Shown here piece after piece: positions 17,536 through 25,437 of a DNA stretch of 34,461 nucleotides. Origin of the DNA: a virus (taxonomy: Duplodnaviria > Caudoviricetes); the IMG/VR virus record IMGVR_UViG_3300022407_005896, positions 1 through 34,461 of that record. One strand, 5' to 3'. Below the pieces are notes generated by a model. It was not told the origin of the DNA. It worked only from the letters and a program-made list of their open reading frames with translations, and made no database searches. The position numbers and the translations under genes are program-made. How positions within the stretch are numbered: position 1 is the first letter of the stretch; each line of letters starts with the position of its first letter.

Positions 17536-19725
17536 ATGAACTTTTCTACCCGCTTCAAAGCCGCTCTCGGCACCCTCTTCAATGTCAAAGGTTGGCAGCA
17601 GGCATGGGCACGCGGGGAGGATGTGGGCAGCCTCGGCGGCGGCTCATCATCCTCCCGCTTTCATGAGGCGGCCTCGCAATCCGCGTGGGTTTTCCGCTGC
17701 CTCCAGCTCATCGCCGGTCCCATCCGCAGCGTGCCGCTCGAATGGTATGAGCCTGGCTCCGATGAGCAGGATGAACTCAATGATCCAGAACTGAGCACCT
17801 TCTGGCGACGCCCCGCCATCACGAGCGGCGGTGTGCGCTTGAGCCTCGGGGATTTCATCGAACTTTCCTGCCACTCCATCGGCCTGCATGGGCAGGCGTG
17901 CTGGATTCTGGATGACACCTGGCTGACACGCGGCGGGGTGAAGTCTCCTTTAATCCTGGCCCGTGCGGATCGACTCACAGCCATCAAGCGAAACGACGAA
18001 CTCCTGGGCTGGCAGTTCATCGACGGCGCGGGCCGGGGTTATCAGCTTCTCCCTCAGCAGGTCATCCGGCCCCGCTTCCTCAATCCCTATGATGATGTCG
18101 AGGGCCTCGCCCCGATGGCCGCCGCCTGGAATGCCGCCGCTGGTGATCATGCCGCCGGAGTCTTCGCCCGAAACATCGCCAGTGCGAACGGAGACCAGGG
18201 CGTCTATGTGGTGAGCAAGAGCGGCACACTTACGCCAGAGCAGCGTGACCAGGTCATTGCCCAGCTCCGCCAGAAGGCCGCGCTCGCCAAGCGCGGGGAT
18301 TTCCGCGCTGCCTTCCTCACGGCGGATGTCTCCATTGAAGATCCGAAGATCAAGACGGTGGATGATGCCTTCTTGAATGGCCGCCACTTCTCGCGGGATG
18401 AGATCGCCGCCGCGTTTGGGGTGCCTGCCTCCATGCTGCAAAAGATGGAGAGCTATTCCATCGGCGCGGCCTCGGATCGCTACCGCCTCATTGATGAGAC
18501 CTGCGTTCCGATGGCGGCCCGCCTGGCCGAGGCCATGGGTGAGATTGAGCGACTCCGCACAGCGCGGGACCTGGAAGCCGCCTTTGATTGGTCCGCGCAC
18601 AGCGTCATGAGCCAGGTGCGCAATGAGAAGGTCAAAGCCGCCGCCGATGCCTGGAAGTGCGGCATTCCCTGGAAGGTGCTCAATGAGAGCATGGATCTGG
18701 GGCTGGATGAGTTTCCCGGCTATGACAAGGCGTGGTTGCCGATGAGCTTGGAGCCCGTGCCGGGCAATGAGGAAACCAGAATGAGGAATGAGGAATCAAG
18801 CCCGAAGCCCGAAGAGATCACCGAGCCGAAAGCCCTCCTTCGCTCCAACATCAAGACGCTGGATGGCATGGTGAGCGTGCTCGAAAAGCTCGCCGCACAG
18901 CCGTCAATCCCGTCAACCACGTCAACGAAGTCGGAAGCGAACGCCAAGCGCCTGCGCCTGTGGAAATCCCACATGGCCGCCCGAGCACCTTCGGAAAAGC
19001 TCTTCAAGGCGAAGATCACGAAAGCTCTCATGAAGGCCCGCGCCGAAACGCTGGGGAAGATCGAGAGCAGTGAGAAGGCGCTCGCAGGCATCCGCCAGCG
19101 CGGCGTGCTCGACCTCATCTTCTCGCTCGCCGATTTCACCGCCGCGCTGATCACCGATCTCCGCAAGGCTCACGAGCAAACCCTGGCCGATGCCACGGGG
19201 CAGTTCCTTTTGGAGATCGCCCGCGAGGATGATCCGTGGAAGATGGAAGCCACCCAGGTGCTCAACTTCCTCACTAGCCGCGAGAACCTCATTCGTGACG
19301 CCTCCCGCGAGATGCATCAGGACATCTTAAAGACCCTTGAAGAAGGTCTTCAGAAGGGCGAAACGACGCAGCAGCTCGCTTCCCGTGTGCGCACGGAGTT
19401 CAACGGCCTCAGCAATGAGCGGGCCGTGATGATCGCCACCACGGAGACCGGCGCGGCCTATGGAGCCGTCCGCCATGCGGCCACCGAAGAGCTGGGCATC
19501 CCCTTCAAGCAATGGCTGAGCGCTCAGGATGACCGCGTGCGGGCCACGCACCGCCGCATTGATGGCACCATCGTTCCCACGGGTGAACCCTTCCGCGTGC
19601 CTCTCAAGGATGGCGGCGAGGATCTCATGATGCACCCCTGTGACAGCGGCGGCAGCGCCGAGAACGTGATTCAGTGCCGCTGCGTGGAGATCCCGATGAT
19701 GGAAGAGGATGTGCCGGAAGAGTGA
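17536..19725 (+). CDS. HK97-family portal protein fused to Mu gpF/SPP1 gp7-like head morphogenesis domain
   Basis: VFRCLQLIA, GLAPM, EIAAAFGVPASML (portal); RAVMIATTE, KQWLSAQDDRVRATH, ENVIQCRC (gpF). Confidence 0.88.
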   Translation: MNFSTRFKAALGTLFNVKGWQQAWARGEDVGSLGGGSSSSRFHEAASQSAWVFRCLQLIAGPIRSVPLEWYEPGSDEQDELNDPELSTFWRRPAITSGGVRLSLGDFIELSCHSIGLHGQACWILDDTWLTRGGVKSPLILARADRLTAIKRNDELLGWQFIDGAGRGYQLLPQQVIRPRFLNPYDDVEGLAPMAAAWNAAAGDHAAGVFARNIASANGDQGVYVVSKSGTLTPEQRDQVIAQLRQKAALAKRGDFRAAFLTADVSIEDPKIKTVDDAFLNGRHFSRDEIAAAFGVPASMLQKMESYSIGAASDRYRLIDETCVPMAARLAEAMGEIERLRTARDLEAAFDWSAHSVMSQVRNEKVKAAADAWKCGIPWKVLNESMDLGLDEFPGYDKAWLPMSLEPVPGNEETRMRNEESSPKPEEITEPKALLRSNIKTLDGMVSVLEKLAAQPSIPSTTSTKSEANAKRLRLWKSHMAARAPSEKLFKAKITKALMKARAETLGKIESSEKALAGIRQRGVLDLIFSLADFTAALITDLRKAHEQTLADATGQFLLEIAREDDPWKMEATQVLNFLTSRENLIRDASREMHQDILKTLEEGLQKGETTQQLASRVRTEFNGLSNERAVMIATTETGAAYGAVRHAATEELGIPFKQWLSAQDDRVRATHRRIDGTIVPTGEPFRVPLKDGGEDLMMHPCDSGGSAENVIQCRCVEIPMMEEDVPEE

Positions 19726-19726
19726 G

Positions 19727-19820
19727 GGGGAACGAACCAGCTCTGCCGACGGCGGGCGTAACACCTACGCAACCATGAAAGACACCATTCGAGCCGTTGG
19801 CAGCAGTGTCATTGTTCGGC
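19727..19820 (-). mobile_element. attC-like recombination site 1
   Basis: Minus strand: GCCGAAC-aatgac-ACT[G]CTGCCAACGGC...GCCGTCGGCAGAGC-tggttc-GTTCCCC. Confidence 0.75.
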
Positions 19821-20020
19821 TTCGTCGTCGCCCTTTGCGCGATCAAGTCACCTACTGGCGCGAACTCTGGATGAAAGAGAATGTCGAGCGTCTGAGGCTA
19901 AAGGATGCCATTGAAATCACGCTGCGGCAAAATGCACATCTTACAGACGGTGACGTTTGCACACTCAAGATACTCAAGGACTCCATTCGTGAGCCGAACG
20001 CAGAGGTATCCCACAAATGA
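19775..20020 (+). CDS. Cassette 1 gene, hypothetical 81-aa protein
   Basis: ATG inside the site 1 loop, stop inside site 2; lower GC. Confidence 0.7.
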   Translation: MKDTIRAVGSSVIVRLRRRPLRDQVTYWRELWMKENVERLRLKDAIEITLRQNAHLTDGDVCTLKILKDSIREPNAEVSHK

Positions 20021-20095
20021 CAGCCGCCTCAACGCTTCCGCTTCGCACCAACACTGCCACGGCTGGCATTTGTTGGGATCACCGTCTTGTTCCCC
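19993..20095 (-). mobile_element. attC-like recombination site 2
   Basis: Minus strand: GGGGAAC-aagac-GGT[G]ATCCCA[A]CAAATGCCAGCCG...CGGCTGTCATTTGTGGGATACC-tctgc-GTTCGGC; two extrahelical bases. Confidence 0.85.
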
Positions 20096-20253
20096 TGCGG
20101 GGGGATGGCACGTTGCAGTAGCGCCAGCACGAAGGCCGAATGATCTGGGGTGGACGAGCCAGAGCACCAATCGTAGGCCGTGGATCGCGGCAACCCGAGG
20201 GCGATGAGGTCGGCGGGCTTGACGGGTATGGCAGCAAGAGAGTCGTGAAACAT
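20029..20253 (-). CDS. Cassette 2 small HTH (Cro/XRE-like) regulator
   Basis: KPADLIALGLPRSTAYDWCSGSSTP; ATG 20253. Confidence 0.7.
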   Translation of the reverse strand: MFHDSLAAIPVKPADLIALGLPRSTAYDWCSGSSTPDHSAFVLALLQRAIPPQGNKTVIPTNASRGSVGAKRKR

Positions 20254-20258
20254 GGCGC

Positions 20259-20328
20259 ACCCTACCACCAAAGAAAAATCCGACAATCGGAAAGTCGTTC
20301 TTGCAATGGTCCGACAATCGGACACAAT
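20259..20328. promoter_or_regulatory. Divergent leaderless promoters with two TCCGACAATCGGA operators
   Basis: Palindromes at 20279-20291 and 20310-20322; TTGCAA-16-CACAAT (+) and TTGTCG-16-TAGGGT (-). Confidence 0.7.
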
Positions 20329-20334
20329 ACCCGC

Positions 20335-20595
20335 ATGAGCGAACCAAAATCATTCCAAGAAAAATGCCTTTCAAAATTCAGTGCCGACTTCGAGGCGGCG
20401 GCGGACAAGATCGCGGCGAGGTCCAAGAAAGACCCCGAAGGTAAATTTGTGGTCTTCGTGGACGGCATGGATGGCGATGTGTCTGGGGACTGGATTGCGG
20501 CGACCATCGCGGTCACTTACGCCTTTCGCCACGGGGCCACCGAAGTAGTCCTCAAACGGTGGCCTGAGCAGGGGAACAAAGAGCTGAGCCGCTAG
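20335..20595 (+). CDS. Cassette 2 hypothetical 86-aa protein
   Basis: MSEPKSFQEK...QGNKELSR; ATG 6 nt after the -10 box; stop inside site 3. Confidence 0.7.
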   Translation: MSEPKSFQEKCLSKFSADFEAAADKIAARSKKDPEGKFVVFVDGMDGDVSGDWIAATIAVTYAFRHGATEVVLKRWPEQGNKELSR

Positions 20596-20635
20596 CGAGC
20601 CTTGGCGAGTCTGTCGGCTCCAGCGGGAGTTCTCT
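20571..20635 (-). mobile_element. attC-like recombination site 3
   Basis: Minus strand: AGAGAAC-tccc-GCT[G]GAGCCG...CGGCTCAGC-tcttt-GTTCCCC. Confidence 0.75.
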
Positions 20636-20648
20636 GGGGAATGGTATC

Positions 20649-20674
20649 AAAGCGGACGAGGGCGTCCGCGCTCC
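20649..20674. repeat. REP-like palindrome copy 2
   Basis: Identical to 14377-14402. Confidence 0.85.
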
Positions 20675-20682
20675 ACGATAAA

Positions 20683-20753
20683 TCATTCGGCCTTCCTCAT
20701 TCTGGTTTCGACATTCCCGCCGAAGGCGGGCCGTTCCCGCCTCCGGCGGGCCG
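20683..20753. repeat. Heptamer-period repeat with two CCCGCC-NNN-GGCGGG hairpins
   Basis: tcattcggccttcctcattctggtttcgacattcccgccgaaggcgggccgttcccgcctccggcgggccg; near copy at 25332-25382. Confidence 0.85.
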
Positions 20754-20754
20754 C

Positions 20755-20801
20755 TAACGGCGTTTGCGGCGGCGTGAAGGCTTTCACCCCTGCGGCACAC
20801 T
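20755..20801 (+). promoter_or_regulatory. Late promoter motif copy 2 (protease/capsid), leaderless
   Basis: TAACGGCgtttgCGGCGGCGTGAAG-16-CACACT-6-ATG. Confidence 0.75.
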
Positions 20802-20807
20802 GGCCGC

Positions 20808-21632
20808 ATGTCCGAACGCCTCGCCCGCCTCATCACGCCGGAAATCAAAGTCATCTCCGCGCAAGACTTCACCGTCGATTACATCGCCAGTGATGCCACC
20901 CTAGATTGCTACAACGAGGTGCTCATCGCGAAGGGGGTGAAGTTTGATCGCTTCGCCAAGAATGCGCCCTTTGTGGATTCGCATGATTACGGCACGATTG
21001 AGAAGCTGCTCGGCAGTGTGATCGAGTTCGGCGTGAAGGCCGGGAAGGTCGTGGAGCGCGTGAAGTGGGCGGCGGATGTCTCGCCCCTCGCCGCGCTGGG
21101 CTTCAAGCTCACGGAGAGCGGCCATCTCAGGGCCGTGAGTGTCGGCTTTATCCCGGTGAAGTATGCGTGGAGCGGCTCACCCGAGTTTGCGGCCATGGCG
21201 AAGGAATGCGGCATGGACATCGAGACCGCCGCGCAGTGCCGCTGCATTCACCGTGAGTGGATGCAGATCGAACTTTCCGCCTGCATCATCGGCGCGAACC
21301 CTTCCGCCCTGGCGAAGGCCTTCAAAGACGGCGCTCTTCAAGAGCGAGACCTGGCCGCCATCGGCTTTGCCGGTGACAATGAATTTGAGTTCCTGCAACT
21401 GGCCGCTGGCTCCTATGACGGTGCAGACGCTTTGCAGCGCCTGCAAATCAAGCTCGAACTCCAGCGCATCTACCGCGCCCGATCCCTTTCCTCCGCAAGC
21501 AGCAGCACGCCTCACCATCATGCGCCTGGCGGCGATGGCGAGGCCAAACGCCAGGCTGAACAGCGTGCGGCGGATCTCCGAGAACTCGCAGCGGCCCTGA
21601 AGGCCGTGCCGCGTGTTCCGGCGGCCTCGTGA
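20808..21632 (+). CDS. HK97-family prohead protease
   Basis: IASDATLD, PFVDSHD, LRAVSVGF, IELSACIIGANPSA. Confidence 0.9.
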   Translation: MSERLARLITPEIKVISAQDFTVDYIASDATLDCYNEVLIAKGVKFDRFAKNAPFVDSHDYGTIEKLLGSVIEFGVKAGKVVERVKWAADVSPLAALGFKLTESGHLRAVSVGFIPVKYAWSGSPEFAAMAKECGMDIETAAQCRCIHREWMQIELSACIIGANPSALAKAFKDGALQERDLAAIGFAGDNEFEFLQLAAGSYDGADALQRLQIKLELQRIYRARSLSSASSSTPHHHAPGGDGEAKRQAEQRAADLRELAAALKAVPRVPAAS

Positions 21633-21685
21633 CCGCCCTCACGACGTTAGCGAACCCACCTCATTCAAACTCATCCTTCCATTTT

Positions 21686-22963
21686 ATGAAGCTCAAGCAT
21701 CACCCACTCTTTCATTCCGATCCTGAACTCAACGGCGGCGGCCTCGGTGAGGTCATCGCCGGTGTCAAAGACATCAAAGGCACGCAGGAAACCCTGCTCA
21801 AGAATTACGACCAGCTCGACGGCAAGGTCAAAAAGGCCATGGAGGAATTCACCACCCTCAAGAATCAGCAGGCGGATCAAGGCGAGATCCTGCGCAGCAT
21901 GCAGCGTCTTCAAAAGACGCTCGGCATGGAGCGTCGGAACCTCTTCGGCTCTCCCGCCAAGCGCATCGCTTACGACGAAGAAAAGCGTAACCTCTTTGTC
22001 GCTCGCCTGTGCCAAAGCCTGGAGATCGTCGAGCGTGCGCCGAAACACATCCGCGCCATCTGCAAGGATCTCGACAACGCCAACACGCCCGGCTCCACCT
22101 ACATCGCCAACAACGAGCTGGAGCGAGACATCTACGACCTGCTCGCCACCTTTGGTGTGTTCAATCAGTTCGATGTGCGCATGATCGGGGCGAAGGCCAC
22201 CGAAGTGCGCCTCAAGACGGCCCGCGTGGCTGCCGTGTTCGTGGATGAAGCCGCCGCCATCGGTGCGGATTCCACCAAGGCAGGTAGCAAGGTGGCCGTC
22301 ACTCCCGGCAAGATCGGCGCACTCATCAGTGTGTCGAGCGAGCTGCTTGAAGATGACGTGGGCGGCCTCGTTGAGGACGTGCTCAACGACATCGCCGAGA
22401 GCATCGCCTTCCGCATCGACTGGATCGCCATCGCAGCCGATGGCGGTGCAGACAGCACGGATGGCGGCTTCACCGGCATCATGGGCGGTGGTGGCACGGA
22501 TCGAACCGCAGCCAGTGGCAATGTCAGCATCGCCACGCTCGATTATGAGGACGTGCTGGCCTGCGTGACGAACCTGCCTGTGGGCCTGCTTCAACGCGGC
22601 ACCGCGAAGTGGCTCATCAATCCGACCATTCTCGCGAAGATGCTGCTCATCAAAGGCACGGATGGCCGCCCCATCTTCAACACCCCGCTCGATGCACCCA
22701 GCTACGGTGGCCTGGGCACCATCTTTGGGTTCCCCGTCGTCACCAGCCCTGTGTGCCCCAGCACGGACAGCGCCGGTGCCCGCGTGGCAGCCTTCGGTGA
22801 TTTCAGCGCGGAGGCCATCCGCATCCGCCGAGGCATCACCTTCGACCGCTCGGAGCATTGGGCCTTTGACACGGACGAGGTCACCTTCCGTGGCACTGCC
22901 CGTGCCGGAGCCCGCGTGAAGGCGGCCACCGCCTTCCAGGTGCTCAAGCTGGCCGCCTCGTAA
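21686..22963 (+). CDS. Major capsid protein, HK97 fold
   Basis: N-terminal coiled-coil delta domain, KIGALISVSSELLED, KGTDGRPIF, IFGFPV; ATG 21686. Confidence 0.93.
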   Translation: MKLKHHPLFHSDPELNGGGLGEVIAGVKDIKGTQETLLKNYDQLDGKVKKAMEEFTTLKNQQADQGEILRSMQRLQKTLGMERRNLFGSPAKRIAYDEEKRNLFVARLCQSLEIVERAPKHIRAICKDLDNANTPGSTYIANNELERDIYDLLATFGVFNQFDVRMIGAKATEVRLKTARVAAVFVDEAAAIGADSTKAGSKVAVTPGKIGALISVSSELLEDDVGGLVEDVLNDIAESIAFRIDWIAIAADGGADSTDGGFTGIMGGGGTDRTAASGNVSIATLDYEDVLACVTNLPVGLLQRGTAKWLINPTILAKMLLIKGTDGRPIFNTPLDAPSYGGLGTIFGFPVVTSPVCPSTDSAGARVAAFGDFSAEAIRIRRGITFDRSEHWAFDTDEVTFRGTARAGARVKAATAFQVLKLAAS

Positions 22964-22970
22964 CCATCCG

Positions 22971-23008
22971 GCGCCGCGTGCGTGATCCCCACGCACGCGG
23001 CGCTTTTT
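22971..23008 (+). terminator. Rho-independent terminator after the capsid gene
   Basis: 14-bp stem GCGCCGCGTGCGTG/CACGCACGCGGCGC followed by TTTTT. Confidence 0.85.
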
Positions 23009-23033
23009 CTCCACCTCTTACCCTCCGCATCTC

Positions 23034-23207
23034 ATGGCTAAAAAAGCATCACAGAAACCCACAGGCGACGAATCACCGACGATCACCGTCCGCTGCCTCG
23101 TGAACTCCCTCGGTGAAGGCGACTACACCTATTCCAAGGGCGACGAATTCGAGACCACCGAAGCTCGTGCCGCTGCCCTCGGCGACAGCGTCGAACTCGT
23201 GAAGTGA
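23034..23207 (+). CDS. 57-aa capsid-associated small protein (absent from the ORF track)
   Basis: MAKKASQK..YSKGDEFETTEARAAALG; typical of the post-capsid small gene. Confidence 0.75.
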   Translation: MAKKASQKPTGDESPTITVRCLVNSLGEGDYTYSKGDEFETTEARAAALGDSVELVK

Positions 23208-23215
23208 CCTCCCAC

Positions 23216-23294
23216 ACGGCGCATGCGGTGTCCGCATCGCATGTGCCGTCCTGAGTTCATTTTTCATCCTTCATCTTTCATCCTTCATCTTTTC
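23216..23294. repeat. 15-bp stem hairpin followed by TTCATCC/T heptamer tandem repeat
   Basis: acggcgcatgcggtg-tccg-catcgcatgtgccgt; ttcatttttcatccttcatctttcatccttcatcttt. Confidence 0.8.
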
Positions 23295-23297
23295 CGT

Positions 23298-23906
23298 GTG
23301 AACGCTGGCCTTTCCTCTCTCACCTCCCTGAAGCTCCATGCGCTGCCGCTTGCCCTGCGGGCACGCACGGATTTTGACAGCGCTCTCACGACGCTGGGCC
23401 TCGGTGTGGCGGCGATGATGGAAAGCTACTGTGGCCGTTCGTTTGGCCGCACGGTCAATGCCGTGGCCCGCTGCTCGGCGAACAACCTCAGCTTCTCGCT
23501 GTCGCGTTACCCGGTGGAGAGCCTCACGAGCATCGTGCTCAATGCCGCTGCCAGTGGCGGTGATACCACGATCACCGCCGATGTGGAGCGCACGGACCTT
23601 GCCGCCGGTTTGGTGCATTTTGCCAGCGTGCCCGGCACGCAGCACGATCAAGTCACGATCACTTTCACGGGCGGCTTTTGGTGGGACACCACCGAAGACG
23701 CCAGCGGCACGCAGCCCAATGGTAGTGCCGCACTGCCGGCCGATTTGCTGATGGCCTTCCACCTTCAAGTGAAGGCCGTGTGCGAAGCGCAGAACCTTTT
23801 CGGCACCGCCGCCGCTGGCAGCTCGAAGGATAAGCCTGCCGCGTCGATGAGCTTCGATTTGATTCCGGCGGTGACGAAGATCCTAGATCGGTATCGCAGA
23901 ATGTGA
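23298..23906 (+). CDS. Head-tail adaptor/connector protein
   Basis: MESYCGRSF, YPVESLTSI, ITFTGGF, LPADL, ILDRYRR; GTG start. Confidence 0.8.
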   Translation: MNAGLSSLTSLKLHALPLALRARTDFDSALTTLGLGVAAMMESYCGRSFGRTVNAVARCSANNLSFSLSRYPVESLTSIVLNAAASGGDTTITADVERTDLAAGLVHFASVPGTQHDQVTITFTGGFWWDTTEDASGTQPNGSAALPADLLMAFHLQVKAVCEAQNLFGTAAAGSSKDKPAASMSFDLIPAVTKILDRYRRM

Positions 23907-23911
23907 AAACG

Positions 23912-23937
23912 AAAGCGGACGAGGGCGTCCGCACTCC
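23912..23937. repeat. REP-like palindrome copy 3
   Basis: AAAGCGGACGAGGGCGTCCGCACTCC. Confidence 0.85.
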
Positions 23938-23949
23938 ACGCTCAACGCC

Positions 23950-24477
23950 ATGCTCACCGTCTCCACCACGCCGCTGCAACCTTCGCCCGCGCTGCAACGG
24001 GCCTTGGCAGGCGTGAAGCTGGAAGCCTTGAAGGGCATCGTGGCACGCGGCCTCACACGCGGCACGCTCTTGATGGCGGCGCAGATCCAAGCGAAGCGCC
24101 TCACGGGCAAAGGGCCATTCCCCGTGTCACAGCACAAGCTCGGCGTCGTGAGTGGCCGCCTGCGCCAATCCATCCGGCCCACGGCGGCGCGGATCGAAGG
24201 CGACAGCGTCATCTCGTCCATCGGCTCCGTGGTGAGCTACTTGAAGGCGCATGAATTCGGCTTCAGCGGCGCGGTCAAAGTGCGGGCGCATGAGGTCACG
24301 ATGACATCGCTCTTCGGGAAGAAGCTCGCCGAGCCGCTGCGCTTCTCCCGCCTGGCCTCGACACGCCAGGCGAAGATCCCCGAACGCCGCCCCATCCGCA
24401 CCGGCATCGAAGAAAACGCCCCGCTCCTCAACCGCGAAATCACCCGCGAACTCAAGAGCCACTTCAGCGGCTCTTAA
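23950..24477 (+). CDS. Neck/virion morphogenesis protein (Mu gpG/HK97 gp10-like)
   Basis: SGRLRQSI, IGSVVSYLKAHEFG, IPERRP. Confidence 0.8.
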   Translation: MLTVSTTPLQPSPALQRALAGVKLEALKGIVARGLTRGTLLMAAQIQAKRLTGKGPFPVSQHKLGVVSGRLRQSIRPTAARIEGDSVISSIGSVVSYLKAHEFGFSGAVKVRAHEVTMTSLFGKKLAEPLRFSRLASTRQAKIPERRPIRTGIEENAPLLNREITRELKSHFSGS

Positions 24478-24513
24478 TTCGTCCTTCATCATTCCTCATT
24501 CCTCATTTTCCCG

Positions 24514-25260
24514 ATGCTCTCCCCCTCCCAACTCCAGCTCGACATTGCCGCGTTTCTTCTCGGCCTCGAAAGCCCCGTGGTGAATGGCAGCACGGTGACG
24601 ATGCAAAACGTGACCATCATCACCACGCAGGCCGATGAGAACGCGGGCGATGCCTTGACCTTTGACATCATCATGCAGGCACTCGCAGGCAGCACACCGC
24701 GCAATGGCAAGTTTGGCCTGTCTGTGGTGGTGAACCGTCCCGAGATGGTGAACACGGCCCCCAATAGTGCCGTGCTACTCGAAGACCTCACGATCATCCT
24801 CGAAGTGGTCGAAGACATGGCGCTGAACCGCGCCGCTGCCACGGGCACAGGTGTGACGCTGGATGATGCCCGCAACGTCGTGGCAAACCTGCTGCACGCC
24901 TGGAGTCACGACGGCAAGCATGGCCTCATGTATCGCAAGAGCGATCCCATCCCCGAGGCCGCCCTGGAACCCGGCAAGCGCGGCTGGCAGCTCACCTTCG
25001 AGAGCAAGGCTCATGCGCACACGCCCCCCGCTCGCTGTGCCCGCCCCGTCATCACCGACGGCGGCGCTTTGATGACGATCACCTGCGCCACCTCGGGCGC
25101 GGCGATTTATTACACGCTCGATGGCTCCGCGCCATCCATCACTTCATCTCTCTACTCCGCGCCTGTGGATGTGGATGCACTACCCACAGGCACCCGCGTT
25201 CGCGCTGCTGCCTACAAGGCAGGCCTGCGCCCGAGTGACACGGCGGAGATGGGGATGTGA
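24514..25260 (+). CDS. Putative tail terminator with C-terminal FN3-associated (chitobiase/beta-hexosaminidase C-like) domain
   Basis: Synteny; ITCATSGAAIYYTLDGSAP..YSAP..VRAAAYKAG. Confidence 0.6.
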   Translation: MLSPSQLQLDIAAFLLGLESPVVNGSTVTMQNVTIITTQADENAGDALTFDIIMQALAGSTPRNGKFGLSVVVNRPEMVNTAPNSAVLLEDLTIILEVVEDMALNRAAATGTGVTLDDARNVVANLLHAWSHDGKHGLMYRKSDPIPEAALEPGKRGWQLTFESKAHAHTPPARCARPVITDGGALMTITCATSGAAIYYTLDGSAPSITSSLYSAPVDVDALPTGTRVRAAAYKAGLRPSDTAEMGM

Positions 25261-25382
25261 CCCGGCTCCGCCGGGAATGAGGAAACCAGAATGGCGAATG
25301 AGGAATAGCAGCGCGGACAGCCGCGTTCGCTTCATTCATCCTTCCTCATTCTGGTTTCGACATTCCCGCCTCCGGCGGGCCG
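25261..25382. repeat. Inverted pair of heptamer-period repeats with terminal GC hairpins
   Basis: gaatgaggaaaccagaatggcgaatgaggaat ... ttcattcatccttcctcattctggtttcgacattc. Confidence 0.85.
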
Positions 25383-25383
25383 C

Positions 25384-25430
25384 TAACGGCACTTCCGGCG
25401 GCGTGAAGCTAGGCGGCAAAAGCCTAGCAT
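25384..25430 (+). promoter_or_regulatory. Late promoter motif copy 3 (tail operon), leaderless
   Basis: TAACGGCacttcCGGCGGCGTGAAG-16-TAGCAT-7-ATG. Confidence 0.75.
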
Positions 25431-25437
25431 GGCGGGC

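Noticed and set aside
19727-20635. CRISPR array or simple terminators as the explanation of the hairpins
   Set aside because: No identical repeats with regular spacers and no T-tracts; AAC/GTT cores and bulged bases fit attC
15747-23014. Long minus-strand ORFs opposite terL (525 aa) and capsid (447 aa)
   Set aside because: Antisense shadows of well-supported genes
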